A DNA stretch of 64,000 nt, from contig JAQTUX010000001.1 of NCBI GenBank assembly GCA_028707125.1, forward strand, positions 269,639 through 333,638, written 5' to 3'. A program made the position numbers and the translations under genes. This document shows positions 26,532 through 36,402 of this stretch, in pieces (position 1 is the first letter of the stretch; every line of letters begins with the position of its first letter). Origin of the DNA: Candidatus Omnitrophota bacterium (GTDB lineage Bacteria; Omnitrophota; Gorgyraeia; Gygaellales; JAQTUX01). Below the pieces are notes generated by a model. That model saw only the letters and a program-made list of their open reading frames with translations. It was not told the DNA's origin and did not search any database.

Positions 26532-27498
26532 AAAACCGATATTCTGCGATATAGGGATCACCGAAAGATGCATGTTCAGGTGCAGGATGTGCAGGTTCTG
26601 GGAGACAGCGGAGAACAGGCCGGAGCTCTCAGGCCGGCAGTGGATAGAGTTTATAGGGTCGCTTAAGGAATCCTGGGGAAACGATATCAGATTGCATTTT
26701 GCCGGAGGGGAGCCGTTATTAAAGGATGGTTTTCTGGATATATTGGACTTCGCCAATGATGCCGGCTTCAGGACTTTTATCGTGACCAATGGCTTTCTTA
26801 TGGATGAGAACATCGCCGGCCGGCTAACGCGTTCCGGCACGGAAGGCATCACGATCTCTCTGGATAGCCTGGACGCGCAAACACATGACTTCCTGAGGGG
26901 CACCAGAGGGGCCCATAGGCAGGCAATAACGGCGATCGGCCATTTAAGGGAAAAAGGCGCCAAAGGCATAACCGTACTCGCGGTGATCATGGGCTATAAT
27001 CTCGGCCATATAATAGAGCTTGCCGATTGGGCGCAGGCCAATGAGCATATAAGCTCCATATATTTCCAGGCGATATCGCAGCCCATTGCCACGGCTAAAG
27101 ACAGCCGGTGGTATGAGAAGGAAGAATTCAGCTGTCTCTGGCCCGGCGACCTGGCGCGCCTTGACTCCGTGATCGAGCGGCTGGCAGATTATAAAAGACG
27201 GGGGTATAAGATATCCAATTCAATAAGCCAATTGGAGATGTTCAAAACATATTTCCGGCAGCCTGAGAGGTTGTTTGAAGGCATGGTGTGCACACAGGGC
27301 GACTACGTGATCTATATCCGCCCCGGGGGCGATGTCCTGCTTTGCGGCTCTATGGCCCCCATCGGGAATGTGAGAGAAAACAGTATAAAAGACCTTTGGG
27401 ATTCCCCTGAGGCTTCCTTGAGGAGGGAGCAGATCCACAATTGCCAGGAGGCCTGCCTTAACGTGATAAATTGTTTCGTAGACAAAGATCTGCCTTAG
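26512..27498 (+). CDS. SPASM/twitch-type radical-SAM paralog P9
   Basis: FCDIGITERCMFRCRMCRFW, AGGEPL, SLDSLDAQTHDFLRG, VCTQGDYVIYIRPGGDVLLC, PIGNVR, CQEACLNVINCFVDKD. Confidence 0.85.
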   Translation: MPMMEIKKPIFCDIGITERCMFRCRMCRFWETAENRPELSGRQWIEFIGSLKESWGNDIRLHFAGGEPLLKDGFLDILDFANDAGFRTFIVTNGFLMDENIAGRLTRSGTEGITISLDSLDAQTHDFLRGTRGAHRQAITAIGHLREKGAKGITVLAVIMGYNLGHIIELADWAQANEHISSIYFQAISQPIATAKDSRWYEKEEFSCLWPGDLARLDSVIERLADYKRRGYKISNSISQLEMFKTYFRQPERLFEGMVCTQGDYVIYIRPGGDVLLCGSMAPIGNVRENSIKDLWDSPEASLRREQIHNCQEACLNVINCFVDKDLP

Positions 27499-28494
27499 TT
27501 GATTATGCGCGCCGCTTACGATAGACCGCGTTTTTGCGACCTCGTCGTCACGGAGAACTGCATGTTGAGATGCCGGATGTGCAGGATGTGGCAGAGCAGG
27601 GCCGGAGGCGATGAGCTGCCCGTCGACGCATGGAAAGGGTTTATCGATTCCTTCGCGGATTTCGCGGGCGGCAATGCCCAGGTGCAGTTTGTCGGGGGAG
27701 AGCCGCTGCTTAAAAACGGGATAACAGGCCTTATCAGCCATGCCCGCAGCAGGGGGCTGGCAACCACCATGACCACCAATGCCTATCTTTTAGACGGGAA
27801 GGCATCCGGTGATATCGCGCTTTCAGGGTTGGGCACGCTGGTCCTGTCGCTGGACAGCCTGAAGGCGCAGGTCCACGATTTTCTGCGGGGACAGGCAGGC
27901 GTCTACGCGAGGGTAATGGCGGCACTGGATTTCTTCAGCAGGCACAAGGATGATCGCCCCCGCCTGCATATAGTCACCACCATAATGCAGCCGGATTTAG
28001 ACGGTGTCCTGGAGCTTGCCGAATGGGCAGAGGCCAACAGGGCGATAGACGCCATAAGTTTTCAGGCGGTGATGCAGCCATTTTTCATGCCGCCGGATGA
28101 TGCCTGGCATGAGAGAGAAGAGTTTGCCTTATTATGGCCGAAGGATGCGGAAAAAATTGACGAGGTCATGGACGGGCTTATACGCCGTAAACGTTCCGGT
28201 TTTAAGATAACCAACCCCGCGGCGCAGTTTGAGGTTTTCCGGTCTTATTTCAAAGACCCCCGGAGATTTGTGAAGGCCTCAAGATGCAATCTGGGGTATG
28301 ACTCGCTGACGGTGAATACGGCAGGCGGCATATTCCTGTGTAATTCAATGGAGCCCATAGGGAATATACGCGACGGGGCGGATATCGCGGAGTTATGGCA
28401 TTCAGAGAAGGCCGAACTCGTAAGGAAGCAGATCGGCGACTGCCGCCGCAACTGCAAGCTTATGATCAACTGTTTTTTTGACGATGAAGGATAA
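27499..28494 (+). CDS. SPASM/twitch-type radical-SAM paralog P10 (TTG start at 27499, or ATG at 27505)
   Basis: FCDLVVTENCMLRCRMCRMW, VGGEPL, SLDSLKAQVHDFLRG, RCNLGYDSLTVNTAGGIFLC, PIGNIR, CRRNCKLMINCFFDDE. Confidence 0.85.
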   Translation: MIMRAAYDRPRFCDLVVTENCMLRCRMCRMWQSRAGGDELPVDAWKGFIDSFADFAGGNAQVQFVGGEPLLKNGITGLISHARSRGLATTMTTNAYLLDGKASGDIALSGLGTLVLSLDSLKAQVHDFLRGQAGVYARVMAALDFFSRHKDDRPRLHIVTTIMQPDLDGVLELAEWAEANRAIDAISFQAVMQPFFMPPDDAWHEREEFALLWPKDAEKIDEVMDGLIRRKRSGFKITNPAAQFEVFRSYFKDPRRFVKASRCNLGYDSLTVNTAGGIFLCNSMEPIGNIRDGADIAELWHSEKAELVRKQIGDCRRNCKLMINCFFDDEG

Positions 28495-30640
28495 TACCGA
28501 CGAATTCCAGCTGCACAAATTGATCCAGGCCCATCTTCAGGCCGGGGAATACGGCCCGGCCAGGGAGGCCTGCCGCCGGCTCTTGAAGATCAGGCCCTCA
28601 AGCATAGCCGCGCACCAGGAACTGGGCAACATACATCTTGAGGAAGGCGATCCTGCCGGGTCAATAAAATATTTCCGGAAGTCCCTGCGGCTGTGCGCGC
28701 GGCAGGGCGGCGGGGACGGGCCGTTAAATGTTTATATAAGGGAATCATATATCAATATGGGCCGGGCATATCTATCGATGAAAAAGTACGGCCGGGCGGT
28801 CAAGATGTTGAAGAAGGCGCTTGAATTAGCGCCGCGGGAGGAGAGGATATACAGATTCCTCGCCTCGGCATACCTTGAGGCGAAAGATTATGATGCGGCG
28901 GTAGATACCGCAGCCGGCCGTTTCAAATCCGCGGGAAAGATCAAGGCCTGCCAGGCGCAGGCCCGGATAAAGATGCTGCGCATCCCCAATTTTTACGGGC
29001 CCGATATCTTTTCCACGGAGATGAATTCCATTATGCTGCCGCCTCTGGCGCTGGGGAATATTGTCTCTTATGTCAGATCACGGGGGATCCCTATGGACCA
29101 GGACGATCTGCATATAAAAATACATCACGATAATTATTTCGGCGGCGGAGAGGAAAAGATAGACGAAGAGGTCTTCTTTGACGCCTCCAGGGTGGCCGGA
29201 TACGCCGGGGGAAACAGCGATCCGCTGATAGAAGGGATCATGGAAAGGGTATGCCGCAAAACCGGCATTGAAGGATACAGGATAATCCTTTTTTCTTTAG
29301 ACAGCTGTTCCATGAACGACAGCCATGCCTTGTTCGCCGTCTGCCTGGCAAGGTATCTAAAGAAGGTCTATGGCCCGATAATAATTTTAGGCGGGCTGAA
29401 TTATTTCCTGGACTTAACGCGCAAGATCGGCTGCCCGCGTTCGGACATAGATCATATAATAGGCAATGAAGGGGAGGAGGTTGTGGCAGAGTTGCTGGCT
29501 TCCTTATTGGATAACAAGGCATATTCAGGCACGGGCAGACAGGAGGGCGAGGGGGCCATTTATTCCCTGAAGGTCCCCGCTCCGGTAATGCCGGATTTTG
29601 AGGGGCTGCCCATTGACAAGTACCGCTATCGCGGCCTAAGGAGCGATTATTGCCCGGACGATGCGTTGAGCCGGGAAATAAAAGAATTCAACGATTCCCG
29701 GACATTGCTTCTGCCTTTCAGGTTCATAAAGGGCTGCACCAATAAATGTATATTTTGCGCCAGCTCCGCCGGCGGGCTGATCCATGTGGCGCCGCCCGCG
29801 GTCGCGGCCGAATGGCTCAAGCAGCTTCAGGAAAGATACGACCCGACAGGGTACCTTTTTCTTAACGATACTTTAAATATCTCCAAGAAATACGTTGACC
29901 GGTTTTGCGAAGAGGTGATAAAAAGAAAGATCGGGGCCCGCTGGTCTGATTGCGCGCGGGTGGACCGGCTGGATAAAGAATCCATATACAAAATGGCTGA
30001 AGCAGGATGCGTGCGGCTGGTATTCGGGATGGAGACCGCCAGCAGGCGGCTGCTGAAATATATCAATAAAGAAATAGACCTGGCCCAGCTGGAAAAGGCG
30101 CTTTACTGGGCTGACAAGGCCGGCATCTGGACAGGGGTGGAGATAATCAGCGGCCTGCCTTATGAGAAGGAAAGAGATGTCGAAGAGACGATCTCTTTCC
30201 TAAAACGCAACAGAGAGCATATTGACGCCTTTTACTATAACGCCTTTAATATAAAGGACACCTCCGCCATACGAGCGCACCCTGAAAAATACGGCATAAC
30301 CAATATATTTGAGCTATCCAGTTACGAAGAAGGGTTTTCCACATTTGTCAAATACGGCTTTGATGAAACGGGCGGACTGAAGTGGCCGGAGAAGAGGAGG
30401 CAGGTGGTCTCCAGTTTTAATAAGGTCATAGATGCCTTGGGGAGGCCTCCTTTTCCGGAACACGAATATGAAAGTTTTCTATTTTTCCTCTATTCCAAGT
30501 ACGCCGACAAGAGGGCCATAAGGGACATCTTTTATTCTGTAGGCAGGCACAAGAACGCATGCCTTGAGCTTTTCAGGAAGGCGAAGAGGAACGATCGGCA
30601 GCCCGGGCAAGCAGCCGAGAGGACACTGGTTTATGGTTGA
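28478..30640 (+). CDS. TPR + B12-binding-like domain + radical-SAM protein (class B-like, subfamily member 1 of 3)
   Basis: N-terminal TPR-like helices (aa ~10-150), then LPPLALGNIVSYVRSRGIPMDQDDL, IIILGG...IIGNEGEEVVAELL, FIKGCTNKCIFCASS, VFGMETAS. Paralogous to 34348..36402 and 36383..37993. Confidence 0.8.
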   Translation: MTMKDNTDEFQLHKLIQAHLQAGEYGPAREACRRLLKIRPSSIAAHQELGNIHLEEGDPAGSIKYFRKSLRLCARQGGGDGPLNVYIRESYINMGRAYLSMKKYGRAVKMLKKALELAPREERIYRFLASAYLEAKDYDAAVDTAAGRFKSAGKIKACQAQARIKMLRIPNFYGPDIFSTEMNSIMLPPLALGNIVSYVRSRGIPMDQDDLHIKIHHDNYFGGGEEKIDEEVFFDASRVAGYAGGNSDPLIEGIMERVCRKTGIEGYRIILFSLDSCSMNDSHALFAVCLARYLKKVYGPIIILGGLNYFLDLTRKIGCPRSDIDHIIGNEGEEVVAELLASLLDNKAYSGTGRQEGEGAIYSLKVPAPVMPDFEGLPIDKYRYRGLRSDYCPDDALSREIKEFNDSRTLLLPFRFIKGCTNKCIFCASSAGGLIHVAPPAVAAEWLKQLQERYDPTGYLFLNDTLNISKKYVDRFCEEVIKRKIGARWSDCARVDRLDKESIYKMAEAGCVRLVFGMETASRRLLKYINKEIDLAQLEKALYWADKAGIWTGVEIISGLPYEKERDVEETISFLKRNREHIDAFYYNAFNIKDTSAIRAHPEKYGITNIFELSSYEEGFSTFVKYGFDETGGLKWPEKRRQVVSSFNKVIDALGRPPFPEHEYESFLFFLYSKYADKRAIRDIFYSVGRHKNACLELFRKAKRNDRQPGQAAERTLVYG

Positions 30641-32054
30641 CGGCAATAACGAGACAGGGATCCTTCTGGTGCAGTCCCCGCCCTGGGGCGTTTATGCCCC
30701 GCCGCTGGGGATCGCCTACCTTTCCGCTTTTCTTAGGTCCGGCAGGCCGGGCGCGATGATATACGACTTGAATATGGAGATATTCCGCGGCTGTCCCGAA
30801 CGGATCAGGGCAAAATGGGATACGGGAGATTTTGAGTTCTGGGCATCCGGAAAGGCGGCGCAGGAGTTACGGGGGTCATTGGACGGGCTGGCGGAGGGGA
30901 TAATTTCTTACGGCGCCTCCGTGATCGGGTTTTCCGCAACTTTTGCCTCCGCGCCGTTTCTGAACGCGTTTATCCCCATGCTCAGGAAAAAGTCGGACAG
31001 GAAGTTGACGATCATAGTCGGCGGCGGCGGCGCCAGCTATGCCCAGACACGGTCGTTATTTACCGACGGCACGATCGATTATTTTGTGATCGGAGAAGGA
31101 GAGCGCGTTTTATCCGATTTGTTGGCTGAGATACGCGGGGGCGGCTTTAACAGCGCTCCGGCGGGTTGCATAAGCTGGAAGGATGTATCCGGCAGCCACG
31201 CCGTCTGTATAGCGGCGGACAAAAACAATACCGATATCAACACAATACCGTTTCCTACCTTTGAGGAATTTGACTTGAGTTATTACACTCAGGACGACCT
31301 TATCCCGCTCATAACCAGCCGCGGCTGCATACGTAATTGTATCTTCTGCTGCGATTCACCGCTGAAGAGGCCTTATCGCTGCCGCCGGCCGCGGGCGGTA
31401 GCGGATGAGATGGCTTATCATGTGAAGCGATACAAAAGAAAAAGATTTGAATTCAGCGACCTGTTGATAAACGGAGACCTGGGCTTCCTGGATGAGCTCT
31501 GCGACTGCCTGATCGCCATGGATATGGGAGTCGCCTGGGGCGGCCAGGCGACCATCAGAAGAGATATGGGCCGCGGCTTGTTGGGTAAAATGAAGGCAGC
31601 CGGCTGCGGAGGGTTGACATTCGGTGTTGAAAGTTGCTCCGACAGGGTGCTGGAGCTGATAGGCAAGGGCGTCAGCGCCGCGGACATCCGCAGGGGCCTG
31701 GCGCGGGCAAAGGATTCCGGCATGCAGGTAGAGATAAACCTTATCGTCGGCTTTCCCGGGGAGGCAGAGGAAGATATTGATGAGACGATAGATTTCATAA
31801 GGAAGAACGCGCCGTCCATTGATAAGATAAACAGCCTGAATATCTGCACCATAGGCCCCGGCACGCATATTTATGAGCATCTTCAGGACTATAATATAGA
31901 TAAGGATATGATAACGGACTGGTATGCCTGGTTCACCAGGGATATGTCCAATACGCTTGAGGTGAGGATGGCAAGGCACCGCCGGATATTATCGCTTTGT
32001 TCGGAATTGAACCTCGCGCCCGCCTGGCAGAATGTGAAAAAGAGCGATGTTTAA
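30633..32054 (+). CDS. B12-binding-domain radical-SAM protein
   Basis: The ATG at 30633 (MVDGNNETGILLVQSPPWGVYAPPLGIAYL) overlaps the upstream stop by 8 nt and is preferred to the track start at 30564. VIGFSATF...IIVGGGGASY...FVIGEGERVLSDLL, TSRGCIRNCIFCCDS, TFGVESCS. Confidence 0.85.
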   Translation: MVDGNNETGILLVQSPPWGVYAPPLGIAYLSAFLRSGRPGAMIYDLNMEIFRGCPERIRAKWDTGDFEFWASGKAAQELRGSLDGLAEGIISYGASVIGFSATFASAPFLNAFIPMLRKKSDRKLTIIVGGGGASYAQTRSLFTDGTIDYFVIGEGERVLSDLLAEIRGGGFNSAPAGCISWKDVSGSHAVCIAADKNNTDINTIPFPTFEEFDLSYYTQDDLIPLITSRGCIRNCIFCCDSPLKRPYRCRRPRAVADEMAYHVKRYKRKRFEFSDLLINGDLGFLDELCDCLIAMDMGVAWGGQATIRRDMGRGLLGKMKAAGCGGLTFGVESCSDRVLELIGKGVSAADIRRGLARAKDSGMQVEINLIVGFPGEAEEDIDETIDFIRKNAPSIDKINSLNICTIGPGTHIYEHLQDYNIDKDMITDWYAWFTRDMSNTLEVRMARHRRILSLCSELNLAPAWQNVKKSDV

Positions 32055-33357
32055 AAAGGCGCTTTCTTTTATATTTATCACGCTCTCTACCATCTTTTTA
32101 TTAGAGGCAGGCCTTAGATCCGGCGGATACCTTGTTCTGAAGTTTAACCCGCCCTCGCAAAGCGGCCGCCTGAAACAAGGGGGAGAAACAGTCATTCTTT
32201 GTTTGGGGGATTCTTTTACCTTCGGAGTAGGCGCCGCCTATCAGGATAGCTATCCGCGGCAGCTGGAAGGCATGCTTAAGGAGAGGTTCCCCCGGAAGTC
32301 CATCAAGGTTTATAATCTGGGTATCCCCGGGAGTAATTCCTCGCAGCTTGAGAGCGGGCTTCAACGGGATATCGATAAATACCATCCGGACCTGGTAATA
32401 GTCATGTCCGGACGCAATGATATCTGGAATATGGCCGGAGCCGGCAGGCCGGTTTTTTTACTGAGCGGATCGCGTTTATATAAATTGATAAAGGCCGCGC
32501 AGGCAAATATAGCGGCCAAGATGAGAAAGATTGAGGAAAATGAACGCGCCTTAGCGCCGAGAAAGGCGCCGCCGGAGGCAAGCCGGTTGATTACGCAGGG
32601 CCATGACTTGAAGGAGCAAGGAAGGTATGATCTGGCGAAGGAGTGTTTTCTTGAGGCGCTGCGTATCGACCCGGGCAATCCCGACGCCAACCGGCAACTG
32701 GGCACTATTTATAGAGAGGGGGCGGAATACGAGCTGGCTGAGAAGTGTTTGACTGAAGCGGTGAGGCAGGGTTATGGCGGGGATGGGAATATCTATGTGG
32801 AATTGGGTATGGTCCACAGGATACAGAACAGGCCCGGGTTGGTCCGGGAGGAGTTAAGGCGGGCATTGGTGGACCCGCGCGCGGCAGCGCTTGCCTTTAT
32901 TGAATTTCAGCAGACCTGTGCCGACAGCAGCGAGTTTTATAAAGAGATGGAGGCCTTCAGCGCGGGGCTTAAGGACAGGGGGAGTCGCAGGATGATCAAG
33001 GCCATGATAGCATTGCACAGGGACAAAGAGGCGATAGCGGCAATAATGCGCGATAACTTCCTGAAGATATATAAGGCCTGCAGGGATAACGGTGTCGGGC
33101 TGATATTGCAGACATATCCGGAAACGGAGAACGTAGCGGAAGGTGTAAGGCATATAGCCGATAGATACGATATCCCCACGGTGGACAACCATCTGGTATT
33201 TGAGAAAGAATTGAATGGCCGCGATAGAAGGGAGTTTTTTGTAAGCGATGACCATTGCAATGCCGAGGGGTACCGGCTTATCGCGGAGGGCGTATACGAG
33301 GCCATGATCAGGGAAGGGATGATTGATGATACCGTCGCCATCGCCGCAAAAAATTAA
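32047..33357 (+). CDS. Membrane-anchored SGNH-TPR paralog 2
   Basis: Anchor ALSFIFITLSTIFLLEAGL. VILCLGDSFTFGVGA, LGIPGSNSS, LVIVMSGRNDIWN, FVSDDHCNAEGYRLIA. The TPR-like insert contains ...YDLAKECFLEALRIDPGNPDANRQLGTIY.... Confidence 0.7.
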   Translation: MFKKALSFIFITLSTIFLLEAGLRSGGYLVLKFNPPSQSGRLKQGGETVILCLGDSFTFGVGAAYQDSYPRQLEGMLKERFPRKSIKVYNLGIPGSNSSQLESGLQRDIDKYHPDLVIVMSGRNDIWNMAGAGRPVFLLSGSRLYKLIKAAQANIAAKMRKIEENERALAPRKAPPEASRLITQGHDLKEQGRYDLAKECFLEALRIDPGNPDANRQLGTIYREGAEYELAEKCLTEAVRQGYGGDGNIYVELGMVHRIQNRPGLVREELRRALVDPRAAALAFIEFQQTCADSSEFYKEMEAFSAGLKDRGSRRMIKAMIALHRDKEAIAAIMRDNFLKIYKACRDNGVGLILQTYPETENVAEGVRHIADRYDIPTVDNHLVFEKELNGRDRREFFVSDDHCNAEGYRLIAEGVYEAMIREGMIDDTVAIAAKN

Positions 33358-34357
33358 CGAGCCAAAGAGTTGCGTCATACTGCTCACTCTTGGATGCGTT
33401 CTAAGATGCAGGATGTGCCATCTCTGGAAGAACGACGAGGCAGGGATAAAAAAGCCCGGCCTGCAGGACTGGAAGGATTTTATTTCTTCCATAAACAGGC
33501 CGCGGGATCCCGAATTTACGGTCATATTCGGCGGAGGAGAGCCGATGCTGTTTCCCGATACCCTGATAGAGTTGATCCGCTTCTGCCGCGCAAGAGGATT
33601 CAGGACCTCTCTGGCGACAAGCGGATATTTCATAGATGAAGCAATGGCTAAACGCCTGGCAGATTCAGGGTTAAACTATATAGCCCTTACTTTATACAGT
33701 TTAAATGAAAAGACCCATAATTTTTTGCGCGGTATGCCCGACAGCTATGACAAGCTCATACGGGCGATCGGCTATCTTGCCGGACAGCGCGCCTCTCTCG
33801 AAACAGCCATAGACACCGTGATCATGGCGCCTAATCTGGGAGAGGTCTTAGAATTGGCGGATTGGGTAAAGGGCGACGGAAGGATATCTTCCGTTTTCTT
33901 CCAGTCGGTTGTGCAGCCGTTCCATACGCCGGCGCTGGAAGAGTGGTATAAGTCAGGGGAATACGGATTCTTATGGCCAAAGGACGCCGCTCAGGTGGAT
34001 TCCGTCATTGACGGATTGATAGAAAGGAAGGAGCGCCTGGGGGAGGGAAGGGGCAGGATCAATAATCCCGTTTCGCAGCTTAAACTTTTCAAGGCCTATT
34101 TCAGGGACCCGCGCAAGTTTATAAAACGTTACTCCTGCAACGTTATTAATGACAGCGCCTTTACCGTGTCTCCCGACGGAGGAGTGAATCTTTGCCCGTA
34201 TATGAAGCCCATCGGCAATATACGCGGCGGCTCCCTGCGCGATATCTGGCATTCGCAGGAGGCGCTGGCCAGGCGGGATGATATAGCGCGGTGTAAAAAG
34301 AACTGCCACCACATAATCAATTGCTGGTATGAGGAAGAAAAGGCGGTATGTGCTTAG
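33323..34357 (+). CDS. SPASM/twitch-type radical-SAM paralog P11
   Basis: SCVILLTLGCVLRCRMCHLW, GGGEPM, TLYSLNEKTHNFLRG, SCNVINDSAFTVSPDGGVNLC, PIGNIR, CKKNCHHIINCWYEEE. Confidence 0.85.
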   Translation: MMIPSPSPQKINEPKSCVILLTLGCVLRCRMCHLWKNDEAGIKKPGLQDWKDFISSINRPRDPEFTVIFGGGEPMLFPDTLIELIRFCRARGFRTSLATSGYFIDEAMAKRLADSGLNYIALTLYSLNEKTHNFLRGMPDSYDKLIRAIGYLAGQRASLETAIDTVIMAPNLGEVLELADWVKGDGRISSVFFQSVVQPFHTPALEEWYKSGEYGFLWPKDAAQVDSVIDGLIERKERLGEGRGRINNPVSQLKLFKAYFRDPRKFIKRYSCNVINDSAFTVSPDGGVNLCPYMKPIGNIRGGSLRDIWHSQEALARRDDIARCKKNCHHIINCWYEEEKAVCA

Positions 34358-36402
34358 ATAGTGAAAACGGCCATATAATATCCGGCAACCGGTATCTGGA
34401 CAGAAAGAAATACAGCCGGGCGCTGGAAGAATTCAATAAGGCGCTGGATGCTGACCCGCGCAACGAATACGCCTATCAGGGGCTGGGGCATCTATATCTG
34501 CAGCAGGGAAAATATGAGCAGGCATTAGAGGCATTCCGGAAGGGGCTGCGGATCAACAGCCGGAATCAGTATATACATCAGGGTTTAGGGTATATATACC
34601 TGGAACAGGGCTCATATGATGCTGCAGAGCGGGAGTTTGAGGTGACCCTGCGGCTGGGCGGAGATAATATGTTCGCCCGTAGGATGCTGGGATATATCTA
34701 TAAGAGAAAGGGAAAGGACGAGGCGGCGGCGTCGGAATTCATAAAGGCGACGGAATTATATCTGGGAAGAGAGGAAAATAATAAAAGGCCGGCTTCGGGA
34801 GACGGCCGCCGGGATTGGAAGGTCAAGCTGTTAAGGATGCCCGGCTTTCCCGACGAAAATGATATCGGCGGCAGGCAGCTGAATTACTGCCTGCTACCGC
34901 CTCTGGCGCTGGGCTGCCTTACCGGTTTTCTGAGGCAGAACGGGTTTGATATCGATCAGGATGACCTGAACATAAAGATCCATTACGATAATAAATATTG
35001 CGATGACGCCGGAGATAAGGTAGATATCTCCGTTTTTTACGATGAGGGCAGGATACTGAGGTGGCTGCGGGAAGGAGGAGACGGGTATTTAGATTCGGTT
35101 ATGGAGGCAGTCGGGCGCAAGACAGGGTTGAGCGGATACCCGGTCGTCTTATTGTCGCTGCCCGCGTTTTTCAATAATTCCGGCTGTCTTATGTTCACCC
35201 TGGCGCTGGCAAGATTCCTCAAGAATAGACACAATCCCGTCCTGGTTTTAGGGGGAGCCAATCAATCGGTTGAATTGTTGAGCAAGTATGACAGGCGTGA
35301 CATAGATTTTGTGATCTACGGTGACGGAGAGGTGGCGCTGCTTGAACTACTTGGGGCCATAAGACAGGATGCCGACCCCGGGGAGTGCCTGTATTCCTGC
35401 GTTAAAGAAGAGGGCAGGTTTATGGCAACAGAGGTCCATCCTCCGCTTAAGCCGGATTTTTCCGGACTGCCCATGGACAAATACAGGCATGAGGGGACGC
35501 TGCTTCTTTTGTTTAAGTTTATCAAGGGATGCGCCCATGAATGCGTTTTCTGCCCTGAATCCACAAACAGACTGGTTTATGTTTTGAAGCCGGAGAAGGC
35601 AGCCGGTTATTTAAAAGAGCTTCAGGAAAAATACAACCCCACAGGATTTTTCTTCTTAAGCGATACCATAAATATCTCCAGGGGTTTCCTTAATGAGTTT
35701 TGTGATGAGATAATCGGCAGCGGAACGGACATACTCTGGACCGACAGCGCGCGCGCGGACAACCTGGACAGGGATACGCTTTTTAAGATGCGCCGCGCCG
35801 GATGCATACGCCTGGTCTTCGGCATGGAGACGGCCAGCCCGGGATTGTTGAGGTATGTGGACAAGCGCATCAGTTTAAGGCGGCTGGAAGATGTATTGAG
35901 ATGGGCTGATGAGGCCGGGATATGGACGGGGGTGGAGATAATCTGCGGCCTGCCGCACGAGAAAGAAAGAGATGTTGACGAGACGGTATCCTTTTTGAAC
36001 AGGAACAAGGAGTTTATAAACAGCGCGTATTTTAATCAATTCGGCCTCAGGGACGGCAGCGTGCTTATGCGCAGCCCGGAAAGGTTCGGGATTGAAAATA
36101 TAAAAGAGATATGCCAATACGCGGACGGGGAATTTACCTATTTTCATAAATACGGATACGACGAGACAGGCGGCCTTCAATGGCAGGAAAAGAAGAGGCA
36201 GATCATTGCCGCGCATAAAAAGCTCATTAATAATACCTGCTGGCAGAGCGCCTTTCCCATCTATGAGTTTGAGCATGTTTTGTTTTCGCTTTATTCCAGG
36301 TTCGCTGATAAAAAGGCGGTTTCCGGCATATTCAATGAGATGCTGAAAGAGAGGAATTATCAGAGGCAACAATCTACAGACCATGCCAAAGCGCGGTATT
36401 AA
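34348..36402 (+). CDS. TPR + B12-binding-like + radical-SAM protein (subfamily member 2 of 3)
   Basis: TPR repeats (YSRALEEFNKALDADPRNEYAYQGLGHLYLQQGKYEQALEAFRKGLRIN...), LPPLALGCLTGFLRQNGFDIDQDDL, FIKGCAHECVFCPES, VFGMETAS. Confidence 0.8.
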   Translation: MCLDSENGHIISGNRYLDRKKYSRALEEFNKALDADPRNEYAYQGLGHLYLQQGKYEQALEAFRKGLRINSRNQYIHQGLGYIYLEQGSYDAAEREFEVTLRLGGDNMFARRMLGYIYKRKGKDEAAASEFIKATELYLGREENNKRPASGDGRRDWKVKLLRMPGFPDENDIGGRQLNYCLLPPLALGCLTGFLRQNGFDIDQDDLNIKIHYDNKYCDDAGDKVDISVFYDEGRILRWLREGGDGYLDSVMEAVGRKTGLSGYPVVLLSLPAFFNNSGCLMFTLALARFLKNRHNPVLVLGGANQSVELLSKYDRRDIDFVIYGDGEVALLELLGAIRQDADPGECLYSCVKEEGRFMATEVHPPLKPDFSGLPMDKYRHEGTLLLLFKFIKGCAHECVFCPESTNRLVYVLKPEKAAGYLKELQEKYNPTGFFFLSDTINISRGFLNEFCDEIIGSGTDILWTDSARADNLDRDTLFKMRRAGCIRLVFGMETASPGLLRYVDKRISLRRLEDVLRWADEAGIWTGVEIICGLPHEKERDVDETVSFLNRNKEFINSAYFNQFGLRDGSVLMRSPERFGIENIKEICQYADGEFTYFHKYGYDETGGLQWQEKKRQIIAAHKKLINNTCWQSAFPIYEFEHVLFSLYSRFADKKAVSGIFNEMLKERNYQRQQSTDHAKARY

